From an uncultured Alphaproteobacteria bacterium (GTDB taxonomy: Bacteria > Pseudomonadota > Alphaproteobacteria > Rhizobiales > Xanthobacteraceae): a DNA stretch of 64,000 nt. Positions within the stretch are counted from its first letter, which is position 1. The number at the start of each line of letters is the position of its first letter. Positions 16,535 to 26,911 of the stretch are shown here, one piece after another. The notes beneath the pieces are model-generated. The model worked only from the letters and a program-made list of their open reading frames with translations, was not told the DNA's origin and searched no databases. The stretch is taken from positions 135,616-199,615 of the forward strand of contig CAVTZH010000007.1 in the NCBI GenBank assembly GCA_963739175.1, in the 5' to 3' direction. Made by a program: the position numbers and the translations under genes.

Positions 16535-18926
16535 ATGACGCCGACGATCCAAATGGCAATGGACCTGCATCGTCAAGGCCGACTCGGTGAGGCGGAGATT
16601 CAGTACCGGAGCCTGCTGGCGAAATCTCCAAGCCAGTTCGACGTGCTTCATTTGTTCGGGATCCTGAAGCTACAGCAGGGCAATCTTGCGGAAGCGCTGA
16701 CGTTGATTTCGAAGGCGGTCGAGATCAATCCGTCAGCGCTCGATGCGCGATCAAATCTGATTGCCGCCCTGTTTGGTCTTAACCGGCATGCCGAGGCGCT
16801 CGATCACTGCAATAGCGCCCTTGCCTCTGGTCCGGCGGATGCGGGGATGATCTACAATCGCGGCGCCGCGTTGCTGCAACTCGGCCGTTATGACGAGGCA
16901 TTGGGCGATTTCGACAAAGTCCTTGCGACCAAGTCCGATCACATCAATGCATTGTTCAATCGCGCCGCCGCGCTGGCAGGCTTGCGGCGGTACGAGGAGG
17001 CGATCGTCGACTTTGGCCGGCTGTTGGGATTCGCGCCGCGCCATGCCGACGCGCTCACCAACCGGGGGACGTTGTTGGCGCAGCTTGGACGCGATGCCGA
17101 CGCGCTCGCGAGTTTCGACCAAGCGCTCGTCATCTCGCCGAAGCACGCAAACGCACTGACCAATCGCGGCATCGCGCTGAAAAATCTCGCCCGATACGAT
17201 GAGGCCCTTGCCAGCCTCGATCGGGCGCTTGCGGTCGAGCCCGATCACGTCGGCGCGCATGTCAATCGCAGCAATGTGCTGCTCAACCTGCACCGCACCG
17301 AGGACGCGCTGGCGGGTTTCGAGCGCGCCCTCGCACTCGCCCCGTCGAACCCTAACGCATTGACAAACAAAGCATTTGCGCTCCGAAACCTCGGTCGGTA
17401 CCAGGAGGCCCTGGAAAGCTGCGACCAAGCCCTTGCCGCCGACCCGCTGCATGCCAACGCCACCTTGATCAGAGCACACGTGCTCGCAGCTCTTGATCGT
17501 CCGGCGGAGGCCGCGGCCAGCTACGAGCGGGTCCTGACGATTGATCCGGACAATTCATACGCGTTTGGCTCTTCAGTGGTGGCATACCGGTGGGCCTGCG
17601 AATGGGATCGCGTCGAGCAACTCTTGCCCGCGCTCGAACAATCCATCGGCGTTGGTCAAGCCGTGATTCCGCCATTCGGTCTGCTCGGGCTGCCGCTCGC
17701 ACCCGCCACTCAACTGCAATGTGCAAAGAATTTCATGCGCCAGACATTTCCGGCTGAGGCGAGACCGTTCCCGGTCAGGCAGCGCCAGCAGTCCGGTCGG
17801 ATCAAGCTGGCTTATTTATCAGCAGATTTCCGTCGACACGCGATTGCGTATCTCTTGGCTGAGCTGCTGGAGCGTCACGATCGACACCGCTTTGAGGTCA
17901 TCGGCATATCCTACGGCGTCGACGACGGCAGCGAGGAGCGTCGCCGCCTGATGGCGGCCTGCGATCATTTCCATGACGTCCGTGCCCGCGACGAACGGGA
18001 TACCGCCACCCTGATCAACGATCTGCAGATCGACATCGCCATCGACCTCGGCATTCATACCGCCAGCTGGCGCCCGGGAATTTTACGGGATCGTCCGGCA
18101 CCGGTGCAGGTGAGCTATCTCGGCTATACCGGAACGTTAGGTGCCGACTTCATCGACTACGTGGTGGCCGACAGGGTGGCGTTGCCGTCGGATCTCGCAC
18201 CCTATTTCACTGAAAAGATCGTGCACCTGCCCGAACTCCTTCCAGGTCAACGACACCAGGAAACCAATCGTGTCGGATATGCCGTCGCGCGCCAACGCCG
18301 GGCTGCCCGACGGGGGCTTTGTTTTCTGCTGCTTCAACAACAGCTTCAAGATCTCAGCCGCCGTCTTTTCTGTCTGGATGCGTTTGCTGGCGGCCGTGGA
18401 CGGAAGCGTGTTGTGGCTTCAGCAAATGAATCGGCGGGCCGCCGACAATCTTTGTTCCGCCGCGGCGTCCGCCGGCGTCGATCCGGCGCGCCTGGTGTTT
18501 GCCGAGTGGTGCAGTCATGAAACGCATCTTGCCCGGCTACACTTGGCCGACCTCTTTCTCGACACGCCGGGCTGCAATGCCGGCACCACCGGAAGTGACG
18601 CGCTTGGGTCGGGGCTTCCGGTGTTGACCTGCGCCGGCACGGCGTTCCCGGGCCGGGTCGCTGCGAGCCTCCTGCACGCCATCGGGCTCCCGGAGCTGGT
18701 GACGACGTCGATTGACGACTACGAGGCCTTGGCGCTGAAGCTTGCCCGCGATCCGGCGCTGCTGCAGTCGATCCGCCGCAAGCTCGAAGCGAACCGGCTC
18801 ACGCACCCGTTGTTCAATACCGATCGTTTTCGCCGCCATCTGGAGGCGGCCTACGCAACCATGTTGGATCTCGCGCGGCGGGGCGAGACGCCGCGCAGCT
18901 TCAGCGTGGACCCGGTCGACGCGTGA
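16535..18926 (+). pseudogene. TPR-repeat / GT41 (SPINDLY-OGT-like) glycosyltransferase, frame broken once
   Basis: Two ORFs (16535.. and ..18926) join into one paralogue of 7936-9966 and 18923-21451. At 18227-18236, 'ctg ccc gaa ctc' reads IVHLPELLPGQ. Removing one C of the CCC run (18230-18232) gives IVHLPNSFQVND, matching the paralogues (LPDCFLVND / LPGSYQVND). Confidence 0.8.
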
Positions 18927-21451
18927 GGCTTTGCGTGCAGTCCCCCGAGCCGATAGCGTCGTTGCTCGATGAGGCGGCGGCGCTGCATCGCTCGGGCGCG
19001 CTCGACGAAGCCGCGGCTCGCTATGCGCGCGTGCTGCATGGCGACCCCGTCAACGCAACGGCGCTCCACCACCTGGCGCAGATCCGCTGTCAACAGGGCC
19101 GCTTTGCCGAGGGCGTCGAGCTGGTGCGGCGTGGGCTGGCAGTCGAGCCGCAGCGCGCACGCTCCCATGTGCTGCTGGGGCGGGCGCTGGTCGAGCTTGG
19201 GGACCTCGCGGAGGCGCTGGCGAGCTTCGACCGCGCCATTGTCTACGAAGGCACCCACGCCGGCGCCCATGGCAACCGGGGCGATGTTCTGGCCCGGCTT
19301 GGCCGTCTGCAGGAGGCGATCGAGAGCTACCGGCAGGCGATCGCGATCGAGCCGGGCTCGCTGGCCAACTGGTGCAATCTCGGCGCCGCGCAGGCCGAGC
19401 TCGGCCGCCACGACGAGGCGCTGGCGAGCTACCAGCAGGTGATCGCCCTCCAGCCGAGCTTTATCGAAGCGCATCTGATGCGCGGCAATCTGCTGAGGGC
19501 GCTGGGGCGGAACGCCGAGGCGCTTGAGAGCTACGACCGTGCCTTGGCGGTAGCGCCGAACGAGGTGTCGGCCCTGATCGGACGGGCGGACGTGCTGGTG
19601 GCCCTCAAGCGGCCGGACGATGCGCTGGCAAGTCTCGACCAGGCCCTCTCGATCGATCCGTCGGATGCCGGCGCCCTGAGCAACCGCGGTTTCCTGTTGC
19701 AGTCGCTCAACCGCCACGACGAGGCGCTGGCGAGCCTCGACCGCGCGCTCCAGATCGATCCGAACCATGCCGGAGCCCTGTTCAATCGCGGGTCGGTGCT
19801 GTCCGAGTTCGGCCGCTACGGCGAGGCCCTCACGAGCTACGACCACGCGGTGGCGGTATCGCCGTCGGATGTGAAAGCGCACTGCAATCGATCGAAGACG
19901 CTGTTTGCGCTCAACCGCTTCGACGAGGCGCTCGCCGGGACCGAGCAGGCCCTCGCGCTCGATCCCGCGCATGTCGAGTCGCTCTATACCCGCGGCATGG
20001 TGCTCGGCCGGCTCAACCGTTACGACGAAGCGATTGCCGCGTCCGAGCGCGTCCTGGAACTGGCTTCGGCACACCCGCATGCCTTGGCGCAGCTGGCGAC
20101 GAGTTGTCTCGCGATCTGTGCGTGGGATAAGGCCGCCGCCGCCGCGGGCCGCCTGACCGAGGCGCTTGCGGCCGGAACCGCCGTCGTCGCACCACATACC
20201 CTGCTGCAATTGTCGGCCAGCCCGGCCGTGACGCTAGCCGCCACCCGCCGCTATGTGGAGCGCGAAATCCCGCCCGGCCCGCGGCTGGAGCCTGCTCCAT
20301 CCGCCGCCGGCGGCGACAAGATCAGGGTGGCCTACCTGTCGGGCGATTTTCGCGTGCATCCGGTCGCCTATTTGACGGCCGAGCTGTTCGAGCGGCACGA
20401 CCGCGGCCGCTTCGAGATCATCGGGCTGTCGTTCGGTCCCGACGACAAGAGCGCGTTGCGGGCGCGGATCGCAAGGTCATTCGATCAATTCCATGACGTG
20501 CGCACCGTCGACGACCGCGACGTGGCGGCGCTGATCCGGCGGCTCGGCATCGATATCGCCGTCGACCTGAGCGGGCACACCGACAACGCGCGGCCCGGCG
20601 TCCTGCGCTACCGGGCGGCGCCGGTGCAGGTGAACTATCTCGGCTTCGCCGGGACCATGGGGGCTGACTTCATCGACTACATCATCGCCGACAAGGTCGT
20701 GCTGCCGCTCGACCAGCAGCCGTATTATGCGGAGAAGATCGTTCACCTGCCGGATTGCTTCCTGGTCAACGACGCGACCAAGGCGATATCGCGGACCCCC
20801 TTGCGCGCGGAGGCAGGCCTGCCGGACAAGGGCGTCGTCTTCTGCTGCTTCAACAACGCCTACAAGATATCGCGCGAGGTGTTCGCCGTCTGGATGCGCC
20901 TGCTTGGGCAAGTCGACGGCAGCGTGCTGTGGCTGTCACGGCTCGACGCTCGCGCCTGCGAGAATTTGCGGGTCGCAGCGCGCGCCACCGGCATCGACCC
21001 GGGACGGATCGTGTTTGCGCCACGCGCGCCGGCCATGGCCGATCATTTCGCCCGTCAGCGGCTTGCCGACCTGTTCCTCGATACCCCCGGCTATAACGCC
21101 CACACCACCGCAAGCGACGCGCTCTGGGCGGGCCTTCCAGTGCTGACGTGCATCGGCACGACCTTCGCGGGGCGGGTGGCGGCGAGCCTGTTGCAGTCCG
21201 TGGGTTTGTCGGAGCTGGTGACGGAAACGCTCGACGACTACGAGGCGTTGGCGCTCGAGCTTGCACGCCGGCCGGCCGTGCTTGCGGGCATCCGGCAACG
21301 GCTTGCGCAGAACCGCCTGACCCATCCGCTGTTCGATACGGCACGGTTCACGCGCCATCTCGAACGCGCCTACGAGACGATGCTCGAGAACGCGCGCCAG
21401 GGCAGGGGTCCGCAGAGCTTCAGCGTCGAGCCGGTCGACGTCGCAGGCTGA
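18923..21451 (+). CDS. TPR-repeat / GT41 (SPINDLY-OGT-like) glycosyltransferase
   Basis: 842 aa with ~11 TPR repeats plus the conserved C-terminal module ('KIRVAYLSGDF', 'PVQVNYLGFAGTMGADFIDY', 'VFCCFNNAYKIS', 'GSVLWL', 'ADLFLDTPGYNAHTTASDALWAGLPVLTC'). The GTG start overlaps the upstream stop (GTGA). Confidence 0.85.
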   Translation: MRLCVQSPEPIASLLDEAAALHRSGALDEAAARYARVLHGDPVNATALHHLAQIRCQQGRFAEGVELVRRGLAVEPQRARSHVLLGRALVELGDLAEALASFDRAIVYEGTHAGAHGNRGDVLARLGRLQEAIESYRQAIAIEPGSLANWCNLGAAQAELGRHDEALASYQQVIALQPSFIEAHLMRGNLLRALGRNAEALESYDRALAVAPNEVSALIGRADVLVALKRPDDALASLDQALSIDPSDAGALSNRGFLLQSLNRHDEALASLDRALQIDPNHAGALFNRGSVLSEFGRYGEALTSYDHAVAVSPSDVKAHCNRSKTLFALNRFDEALAGTEQALALDPAHVESLYTRGMVLGRLNRYDEAIAASERVLELASAHPHALAQLATSCLAICAWDKAAAAAGRLTEALAAGTAVVAPHTLLQLSASPAVTLAATRRYVEREIPPGPRLEPAPSAAGGDKIRVAYLSGDFRVHPVAYLTAELFERHDRGRFEIIGLSFGPDDKSALRARIARSFDQFHDVRTVDDRDVAALIRRLGIDIAVDLSGHTDNARPGVLRYRAAPVQVNYLGFAGTMGADFIDYIIADKVVLPLDQQPYYAEKIVHLPDCFLVNDATKAISRTPLRAEAGLPDKGVVFCCFNNAYKISREVFAVWMRLLGQVDGSVLWLSRLDARACENLRVAARATGIDPGRIVFAPRAPAMADHFARQRLADLFLDTPGYNAHTTASDALWAGLPVLTCIGTTFAGRVAASLLQSVGLSELVTETLDDYEALALELARRPAVLAGIRQRLAQNRLTHPLFDTARFTRHLERAYETMLENARQGRGPQSFSVEPVDVAG

Positions 21452-21453
21452 GG

Positions 21454-23772
21454 TTAGTTCGCGCTGGCGCCGCGGCGGATGTCGGCCTCGATCATCAGCT
21501 TGTCGCCGCCGCCAAAGCGGATGCGATAGACCTGCATGTTCTCCATCACGCGCTGCACGTAGTTGCGTGTCTCAGCGAACGGGATGCGTTCGACCCAGTC
21601 GACCGGGTCGACGTTGGGGTCGCGCGGGTCGCCGTAGCGGGCGACCCAGTCGCGGATGCGGCCGCGCCCGGCGTTGTAGCCAACGAAAGTGAGCACGTAG
21701 GAGCCGCGGAAATCGGCCAGCAGGTCGCCGAGCTCGGCGGCGCCGAACTGCACGTTGTAGACCGGGTCGGACAGCAGCTTCTTCTCGTTGTAGGTAACCT
21801 TGAACTTCCTGGCGATATATTTGCCCGCCGCCGGCGTCACCTGCATCAGGCCCATCGCGCGGGCGCTGGAGACGGTCTTCTGGTTGAACGTGCTTTCCTG
21901 CCGGGCGATCGCATAGATCAGCGGCTTCTCGACCGCCGGGCCGATCGCGGTGTAGTTCGGCATGCCGATGGTCGGGAACGCGTAGGTCTCGAGCGGCAGG
22001 CCGCGCCCGAGCGCCGCCTTGCCAAGCAGCAGCATGGCGCGGGCGTCGTTGTTGCGCGCAGCGACTTCGCCAATCGCAGCCAGCGCGCCGGCGTCGTTGG
22101 AGCGGTCGCCGAAGTCGGCGGCGGCGCCGACCACCATGTCGCGCTGGCCGACGGCATAGAGCATCTCCATGGCGCGCACGACGTCGGTTGAGCCCGACGG
22201 CTGTGACGGCGCCGAGCGCAGCGCAATATTTCGCAGCCCGAGCTTCGCGCCGGCGAGCTGTCCGTAGTACGCGGTCGGATGCTGCGCGGCCGCCTGGTAG
22301 TGGTTCTTGGCCTCGCCACTGCGTCCCTGCGCCTCATAGGTGCGGCCCAGCCAGTAGTGCGCGCGCGCAAGCGAGATTGCGTGGGTTGAGCCGTCCGGGA
22401 TGCGCGCGAAATGGGTCAGCGCGGTCGCCGGATCCTTGACGAAGCGCAGCGCGATCCAGCCGGCGGTGAACTGATGCTCGACGCGATAGTTGTCGCGCTT
22501 GGGCACAGCGGCGTCGCGCGCGATCCGGTAGGCCTTCGTCGCGTCGCCGAGGTCGAGCATGTTGCGGGCGGCGAGCCGGCGCTCGATCCACCATTGATCG
22601 GTGTCGATCGTCTGTCCATCGCGCGGCGCCGACAGGATCAGATCGCCGGCTTCGGCCATACGGTCGTTGCGCCGCAGCCATTGCGCCAGGCTGAAGATGT
22701 AGCCGAGGTCGCGGCGCGCCGCGGATGGAACAGCGTCGAGTGCGGCCTTGGCATTGCCGGCCTTCTTCATGACCGCGATTCGCGCCTTGGCGATCGCCGG
22801 AGCGTCGCCGCCGGCGCGATTGGCATTGCGCAGGCCGCCGTCGGTATCCTCGGCATAGAGCCGCATGTTCATGCGCGCCTTGTGGTCCTCGGCGCTGAGC
22901 AGGCCGCTGAACGTCTCCAGCACCCGCGATTCGACGTCGGCGCCGAAGCCCTCGCTGCGCCAGCCCTCACGCACCTGCGCCTGCGCGCCGGCACGGTCGC
23001 CTTGTGCGAGCATGGCGCGCGCGAGCGCGAATTGCCCGCGGGCGGTAAGCGGCGGGTTCTTGGCAAAATAGGCGCGGACCGCTCCCGCGTCGGCCTGCTC
23101 GGCCCACATCATCGATTCCGCCCGCCGGCGCATCATGCCGACGCTCGGCCAGCTCGGATTGGCATTGATGAAGGCGAGGTAGCGTGCGGAGCTTGCCCCA
23201 TTGCTGTCGCTGCGCAGGATCGCCCATTCGACCAGCTTGCGCGACACCGGGTCCTGGATGTTCTGCTGGAGCGAGGTCGCCTGCGAGGCGCGACCCGCGC
23301 GCGCGTGCTCGATCGCCTGCTTGACGGTCGCCAGCTCGCCTGACACGGCCGGCGCGGGTGGCGTATCGGCGTCGGAACTCGCGGCGGATTTGCTGCCCTT
23401 GCCGCCCTTACCCTTGGCGGTCTTCTTGTCTTTCTTGCTCGCCTTCTTGCTCTCTTTCTTGGTCTCTTTTTTGGCTTCCTTCTTGGACGCTTCGTTTTTC
23501 TTTTCCTTGGTCTTGGTGGAAGCGGCCTTCTTGTCCTTGGTCGCGGCAGCCTTGGTTTTGTCCTTGGCCTTATCCTTGGCCGTGGATTTTGACTTCGCGG
23601 CGGAGGTTTCGGCCTGCGCGATGGTGGCGGCCTGCAGTCCGATCCCTGCAACGGCCACGAGCAGCAACGCTGTCAGCAGTCCTTGGACCCTGGTCAATGT
23701 GCCGGTTCTCCCCAGCGCCAGAGAGGTTGCGCTACCGCTGAGTGTTTTCAATTGATAAGATTGACGAAGCAC
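21454..23772 (-). CDS. slt: Soluble lytic murein transglycosylase (Slt70 family) with N-terminal Lys-rich linker
   Basis: 772 aa. It has a superhelical U-domain-like region and a C-terminal SLT domain ('ARQESTFNQKTVSSARAMGLMQVTP', 'YNAG'). A signal/anchor segment is followed by an ~85-aa K/S/T/A low-complexity stretch. Confidence 0.9.
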   Translation of the reverse strand: MLRQSYQLKTLSGSATSLALGRTGTLTRVQGLLTALLLVAVAGIGLQAATIAQAETSAAKSKSTAKDKAKDKTKAAATKDKKAASTKTKEKKNEASKKEAKKETKKESKKASKKDKKTAKGKGGKGSKSAASSDADTPPAPAVSGELATVKQAIEHARAGRASQATSLQQNIQDPVSRKLVEWAILRSDSNGASSARYLAFINANPSWPSVGMMRRRAESMMWAEQADAGAVRAYFAKNPPLTARGQFALARAMLAQGDRAGAQAQVREGWRSEGFGADVESRVLETFSGLLSAEDHKARMNMRLYAEDTDGGLRNANRAGGDAPAIAKARIAVMKKAGNAKAALDAVPSAARRDLGYIFSLAQWLRRNDRMAEAGDLILSAPRDGQTIDTDQWWIERRLAARNMLDLGDATKAYRIARDAAVPKRDNYRVEHQFTAGWIALRFVKDPATALTHFARIPDGSTHAISLARAHYWLGRTYEAQGRSGEAKNHYQAAAQHPTAYYGQLAGAKLGLRNIALRSAPSQPSGSTDVVRAMEMLYAVGQRDMVVGAAADFGDRSNDAGALAAIGEVAARNNDARAMLLLGKAALGRGLPLETYAFPTIGMPNYTAIGPAVEKPLIYAIARQESTFNQKTVSSARAMGLMQVTPAAGKYIARKFKVTYNEKKLLSDPVYNVQFGAAELGDLLADFRGSYVLTFVGYNAGRGRIRDWVARYGDPRDPNVDPVDWVERIPFAETRNYVQRVMENMQVYRIRFGGGDKLMIEADIRRGASAN

Positions 23773-23925
23773 TAAACCCCCGCAGGGGCGGCGAACATCG
23801 GCCGCGACCGCGGCGAAAACGGGGCAAGGTATCCCCTTCCGCCCGCTTTCGTTGTCGCAGCCGACCCGTTATCAAGGGTTCCGCGCTCCGCCGGGCAAAG
23901 ATCGGCCAGCCAAAGGATTCGAGCC

Positions 23926-24816
23926 ATGACCGCCAAGACGAGCTTCAGGGGATCGTTCACGGCGCTCGTCACCCCGTTCAAGAACGGCGGCCTCGACGAG
24001 GCCCGATTCCGCGGCCTGGTCGATTGGCAGATCGCCGAGGGAACCAACGGGCTGGTCCCGGTGGGAACCACCGGCGAGAGCCCGACGCTCAGCCACGACG
24101 AGCACAAGCGGGTCGTGGAGTGGTGCGTCGATCAGGCCAAGGGCAAGGTGCCTGTGGTCGCCGGCGCGGGATCGAATTCCACCAAGGAGGCGGTCGAGCT
24201 GTCGCAGCACGCCGAGAAGGCAGGCGCCAGCGCCGTGCTGATCGTGACGCCGTACTACAACAAGCCGACCCAGGACGGCCTCTACGGTCACTTCAAGGCG
24301 ATCAACGACGCGATCGGCATCCCGATCATCATCTACAACATCCCCGCTCGCTCGGTGGTCGACATGTCGGTCGAAACCATGACGCGGCTGTTCGAGCTTA
24401 AGAACATCGCCGGCGTCAAGGACGCGACCGCGAACATGGTGCGAGTGTCGCAGCAGCGCGCGGCCATGGGCGCGGACTTCAACCAGCTCTCGGGCGAGGA
24501 CGCGACCGCGCTGGGCTTCATGGCGCATGGCGGCCACGGCTGCATCTCGGTGACCTCGAACGTAGCGCCACGGCTATGCGCCGAGTTCCAGGGCGCGTGC
24601 GTGCGCGGCGACTATGCGACGGCATTGAAGCTGCAGGATAAGCTGATGCCGCTGCACAACGCGCTGTTCATCGAGACCAACCCATCGCCGGCGAAGTACG
24701 CGCTGTCGCTGCTCGGGCGCTGCGCCGACACCGTCCGCCTGCCGCTGGTCACGGTCGGCGACAAGACGAAAGCGGCCGTGCGCGACGCGATGGTGCATGC
24801 CGGATTGGTCAACTGA
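23926..24816 (+). CDS. dapA: 4-hydroxy-tetrahydrodipicolinate synthase
   Basis: 296 aa. '[10 protein letters not shown]', '[15 protein letters not shown]', '[10 protein letters not shown]', 'VTPYYNKP', 'IIIYNIP', 'GVKDAT' (active-site Lys). Confidence 0.97.
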   Translation: MTAKTSFRGSFTALVTPFKNGGLDEARFRGLVDWQIAEGTNGLVPVGTTGESPTLSHDEHKRVVEWCVDQAKGKVPVVAGAGSNSTKEAVELSQHAEKAGASAVLIVTPYYNKPTQDGLYGHFKAINDAIGIPIIIYNIPARSVVDMSVETMTRLFELKNIAGVKDATANMVRVSQQRAAMGADFNQLSGEDATALGFMAHGGHGCISVTSNVAPRLCAEFQGACVRGDYATALKLQDKLMPLHNALFIETNPSPAKYALSLLGRCADTVRLPLVTVGDKTKAAVRDAMVHAGLVN

Positions 24817-24909
24817 TCTCAATGTGTCTTGCGCCTGCGTACCGGTCCGGCAAGGCAACAGCTTGCCGCACCGATCGCCCGTTCAGTGATTGCAAAGAGG
24901 AGGGGAGCG

Positions 24910-25323
24910 ATGCTCGAAGATTTCAAGAAATTTGCGCTGCGTGGCAACGTCGTCGATCTCGCGGTCGGCGTCATCATCGGTGTGGCGTTCGGCGCGATCG
25001 TGTCGTCGCTGGTCGCTGACATCATCATGCCGGTCATCGGCGCCGCTACCGGCGGCTTCGATTTCTCGAACTATTTTGTCAAGCTGTCGTCGAAAGTGAC
25101 GGCTGACTCGCTAGCGGAAGCAAAGAAGCAGGGCGCGGTGCTGGCCTGGGGCAACTTCGTCACGATCACGATCAACTTCATCATCATCGCGTTCGTGCTG
25201 TTCCTGGTCATCCGGGCGATGTCCAAGCTTCAGAAGAAGGAAGAGGCGGCTCCGCCGAAGCCGTCGCAGGAGGTCGAGCTCCTGACCGAAATTCGGGATG
25301 TGCTCAAAGCGCAGAGCAAGTGA
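24910..25323 (+). CDS. mscL: Large-conductance mechanosensitive channel
   Basis: '[44 protein letters not shown]' is the canonical MscL N-terminus. Strong SD (AGGAGGGGAG) lies before the ATG at 24910. Confidence 0.95.
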   Translation: MLEDFKKFALRGNVVDLAVGVIIGVAFGAIVSSLVADIIMPVIGAATGGFDFSNYFVKLSSKVTADSLAEAKKQGAVLAWGNFVTITINFIIIAFVLFLVIRAMSKLQKKEEAAPPKPSQEVELLTEIRDVLKAQSK

Positions 25324-25340
25324 GATTGGCATAGCGTGCA

Positions 25341-25814
25341 ATGGCGGCGAAACCGGATCGCAAGCTCAAGGTCGTCGCCGACAACCGCCGGGCGCGCTTC
25401 AACTATGAGATCGGCGAGACCTTCGAGGCCGGCATTGCGCTGACCGGCACCGAGGTCAAGGCGCTCCGCCAGGGCAGGGCGACGATTGCCGAGTCCTACG
25501 CCGACTCGCGCGGCGGCGAGCTCTGGCTCGTCAACGCCAACATCCCCGAATACCAGCAAGGCGGCCGCTTCAACCACGCCCCGAAGCGGCCGCGCAAGCT
25601 CCTGCTGCATAAACGCCAGATCGACAAGCTTTCAGGCGCGGTCGACCGCGAAGGCATGACCATCGTTCCACTCAAGCTCTATTTCAACGAGAAGGGACGA
25701 GCGAAGCTCGAGATTGCGGTCGCGCGCGGCAAGAAGCTTCATGACAAACGCGAGACAGACAAAAAACGCTCCTGGGATCGTGAGCGTGCTCGATTGTTGC
25801 GCAGCAAGGGATAA
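25341..25814 (+). CDS. smpB: SsrA-binding protein
   Basis: 157 aa. '[12 protein letters not shown]', '[13 protein letters not shown]', '[13 protein letters not shown]', '[12 protein letters not shown]'. Confidence 0.97.
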   Translation: MAAKPDRKLKVVADNRRARFNYEIGETFEAGIALTGTEVKALRQGRATIAESYADSRGGELWLVNANIPEYQQGGRFNHAPKRPRKLLLHKRQIDKLSGAVDREGMTIVPLKLYFNEKGRAKLEIAVARGKKLHDKRETDKKRSWDRERARLLRSKG

Positions 25815-26020
25815 TCTTTTTTATTCGGCCCTCACGGGTTCGTGATCGCGGCCTCTGCAATTTCTCCAGCGCCGCACTGCAACCGCGCGCCACCCAGCCC
25901 CGTAGCTCCCTGCAGTCGCCACCGGAAACGAACCGGCCTCGGCGATGAGGACGGAATCCACCCCCCAGTCGCCACCGGTCAGACCGGCAGGCGACTTATT
26001 CGCAAGCAAGGGAGCTATCA

Positions 26021-26807
26021 ATGTTCGGAACCCTCAAGACCTTGGCAGTCGCCGGCGCCGTTGCCGCCTCTGCTTTGATGACCACCGGCGCGCATGCGCA
26101 GGGCCGGATCGTCGGCCTGGTTGACGGCAAGACTCTCGTGACCATCGATCCTGCGTCCAAGAAGGTCACCTCGACCGTGAACGTCAGCGGCGCCGGGACG
26201 CTGCTGGGCATCGACGTTCGCCCGGCCGACGGCATGCTCTATGGCGTCACCAGCGACGGCAACATCGTCACCATCGACGTTGCCTCGGGCAAGGCGACGA
26301 TGAAGAGCAAGCTCGTCGGAGCCATGGACGCGCTCGGCCGCGACCACCTTCGACTTCAACCCGGTCGCCGACCGTCTGCGCCTGATGAGCTCGGAAGGCG
26401 TGAGCTGGCGCATCAATGTCGACGACGGCAAGGTGACCGTCGACGGCTCGCACAAGTTCAAGGACCCGATGGCCGGCAAGAATCCGCGCGTCGTCGCGGG
26501 CGCCTACACCAACTCGTTCAAGGACACCAAGGCGACGGCGCTCTACAACATCGACGCGACCACCAACTCGCTGGTGCTGCAGGCGCCGCCGAATGATGGC
26601 GTGCTCGCCGCGGTTGGGCCGCTCGGCATCACCGTCAACGGCGCGGCTGCCTTCAACATCGTGTCGTCGGGCCCGGACCAGAACGAAGCCTGGCTCGCGA
26701 TGGGCGGCGCGCTCTACTCGGTCGATCTCAAGACCGGCGCCGCGAAGATGGCCGGCAAGATCTCCGGCCTGAAAGGAACGCTCAGCGATATCGCCTGGAT
26801 GAACTAG
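26021..26807 (+). pseudogene. DUF4394-domain secreted protein, frame broken once
   Basis: The signal peptide plus 'LVTIDPASKKVTS...LGIDVRPADGMLYGVTSDGNIVTID' continues in the +1 frame as 'TTFDFNPVADRLRLMSSEG...NIDATTNSLVLQAPPNDG'. The junction is about 26338 (an extra C in 'ggc cgc g'). Confidence 0.75.
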
Positions 26808-26911
26808 GTTCCTTGGCGTGCGTGGGAGCCCGTCCCGTGGCGACACGGGGCGGGCTTTCGCCATTGACCTGCGTCGCATTCTTGGGATGATTCCGGCGCA
26901 GGAGTAATCCC

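Noticed and set aside
18851-20209. 452-aa ORF antisense to the TPR/GT41 gene
   Set aside because: The R/G/A-rich translation lacks a repeat structure, whereas the sense strand shows regular 34-aa TPR periodicity.
25815-26020. Possible tmRNA (ssrA) next to smpB
   Set aside because: The spacer shows no tRNA-like acceptor/T-arm (no GGTTCGA-type T-loop) and no tag reading frame. Alphaproteobacterial two-piece tmRNA is usually not adjacent to smpB.
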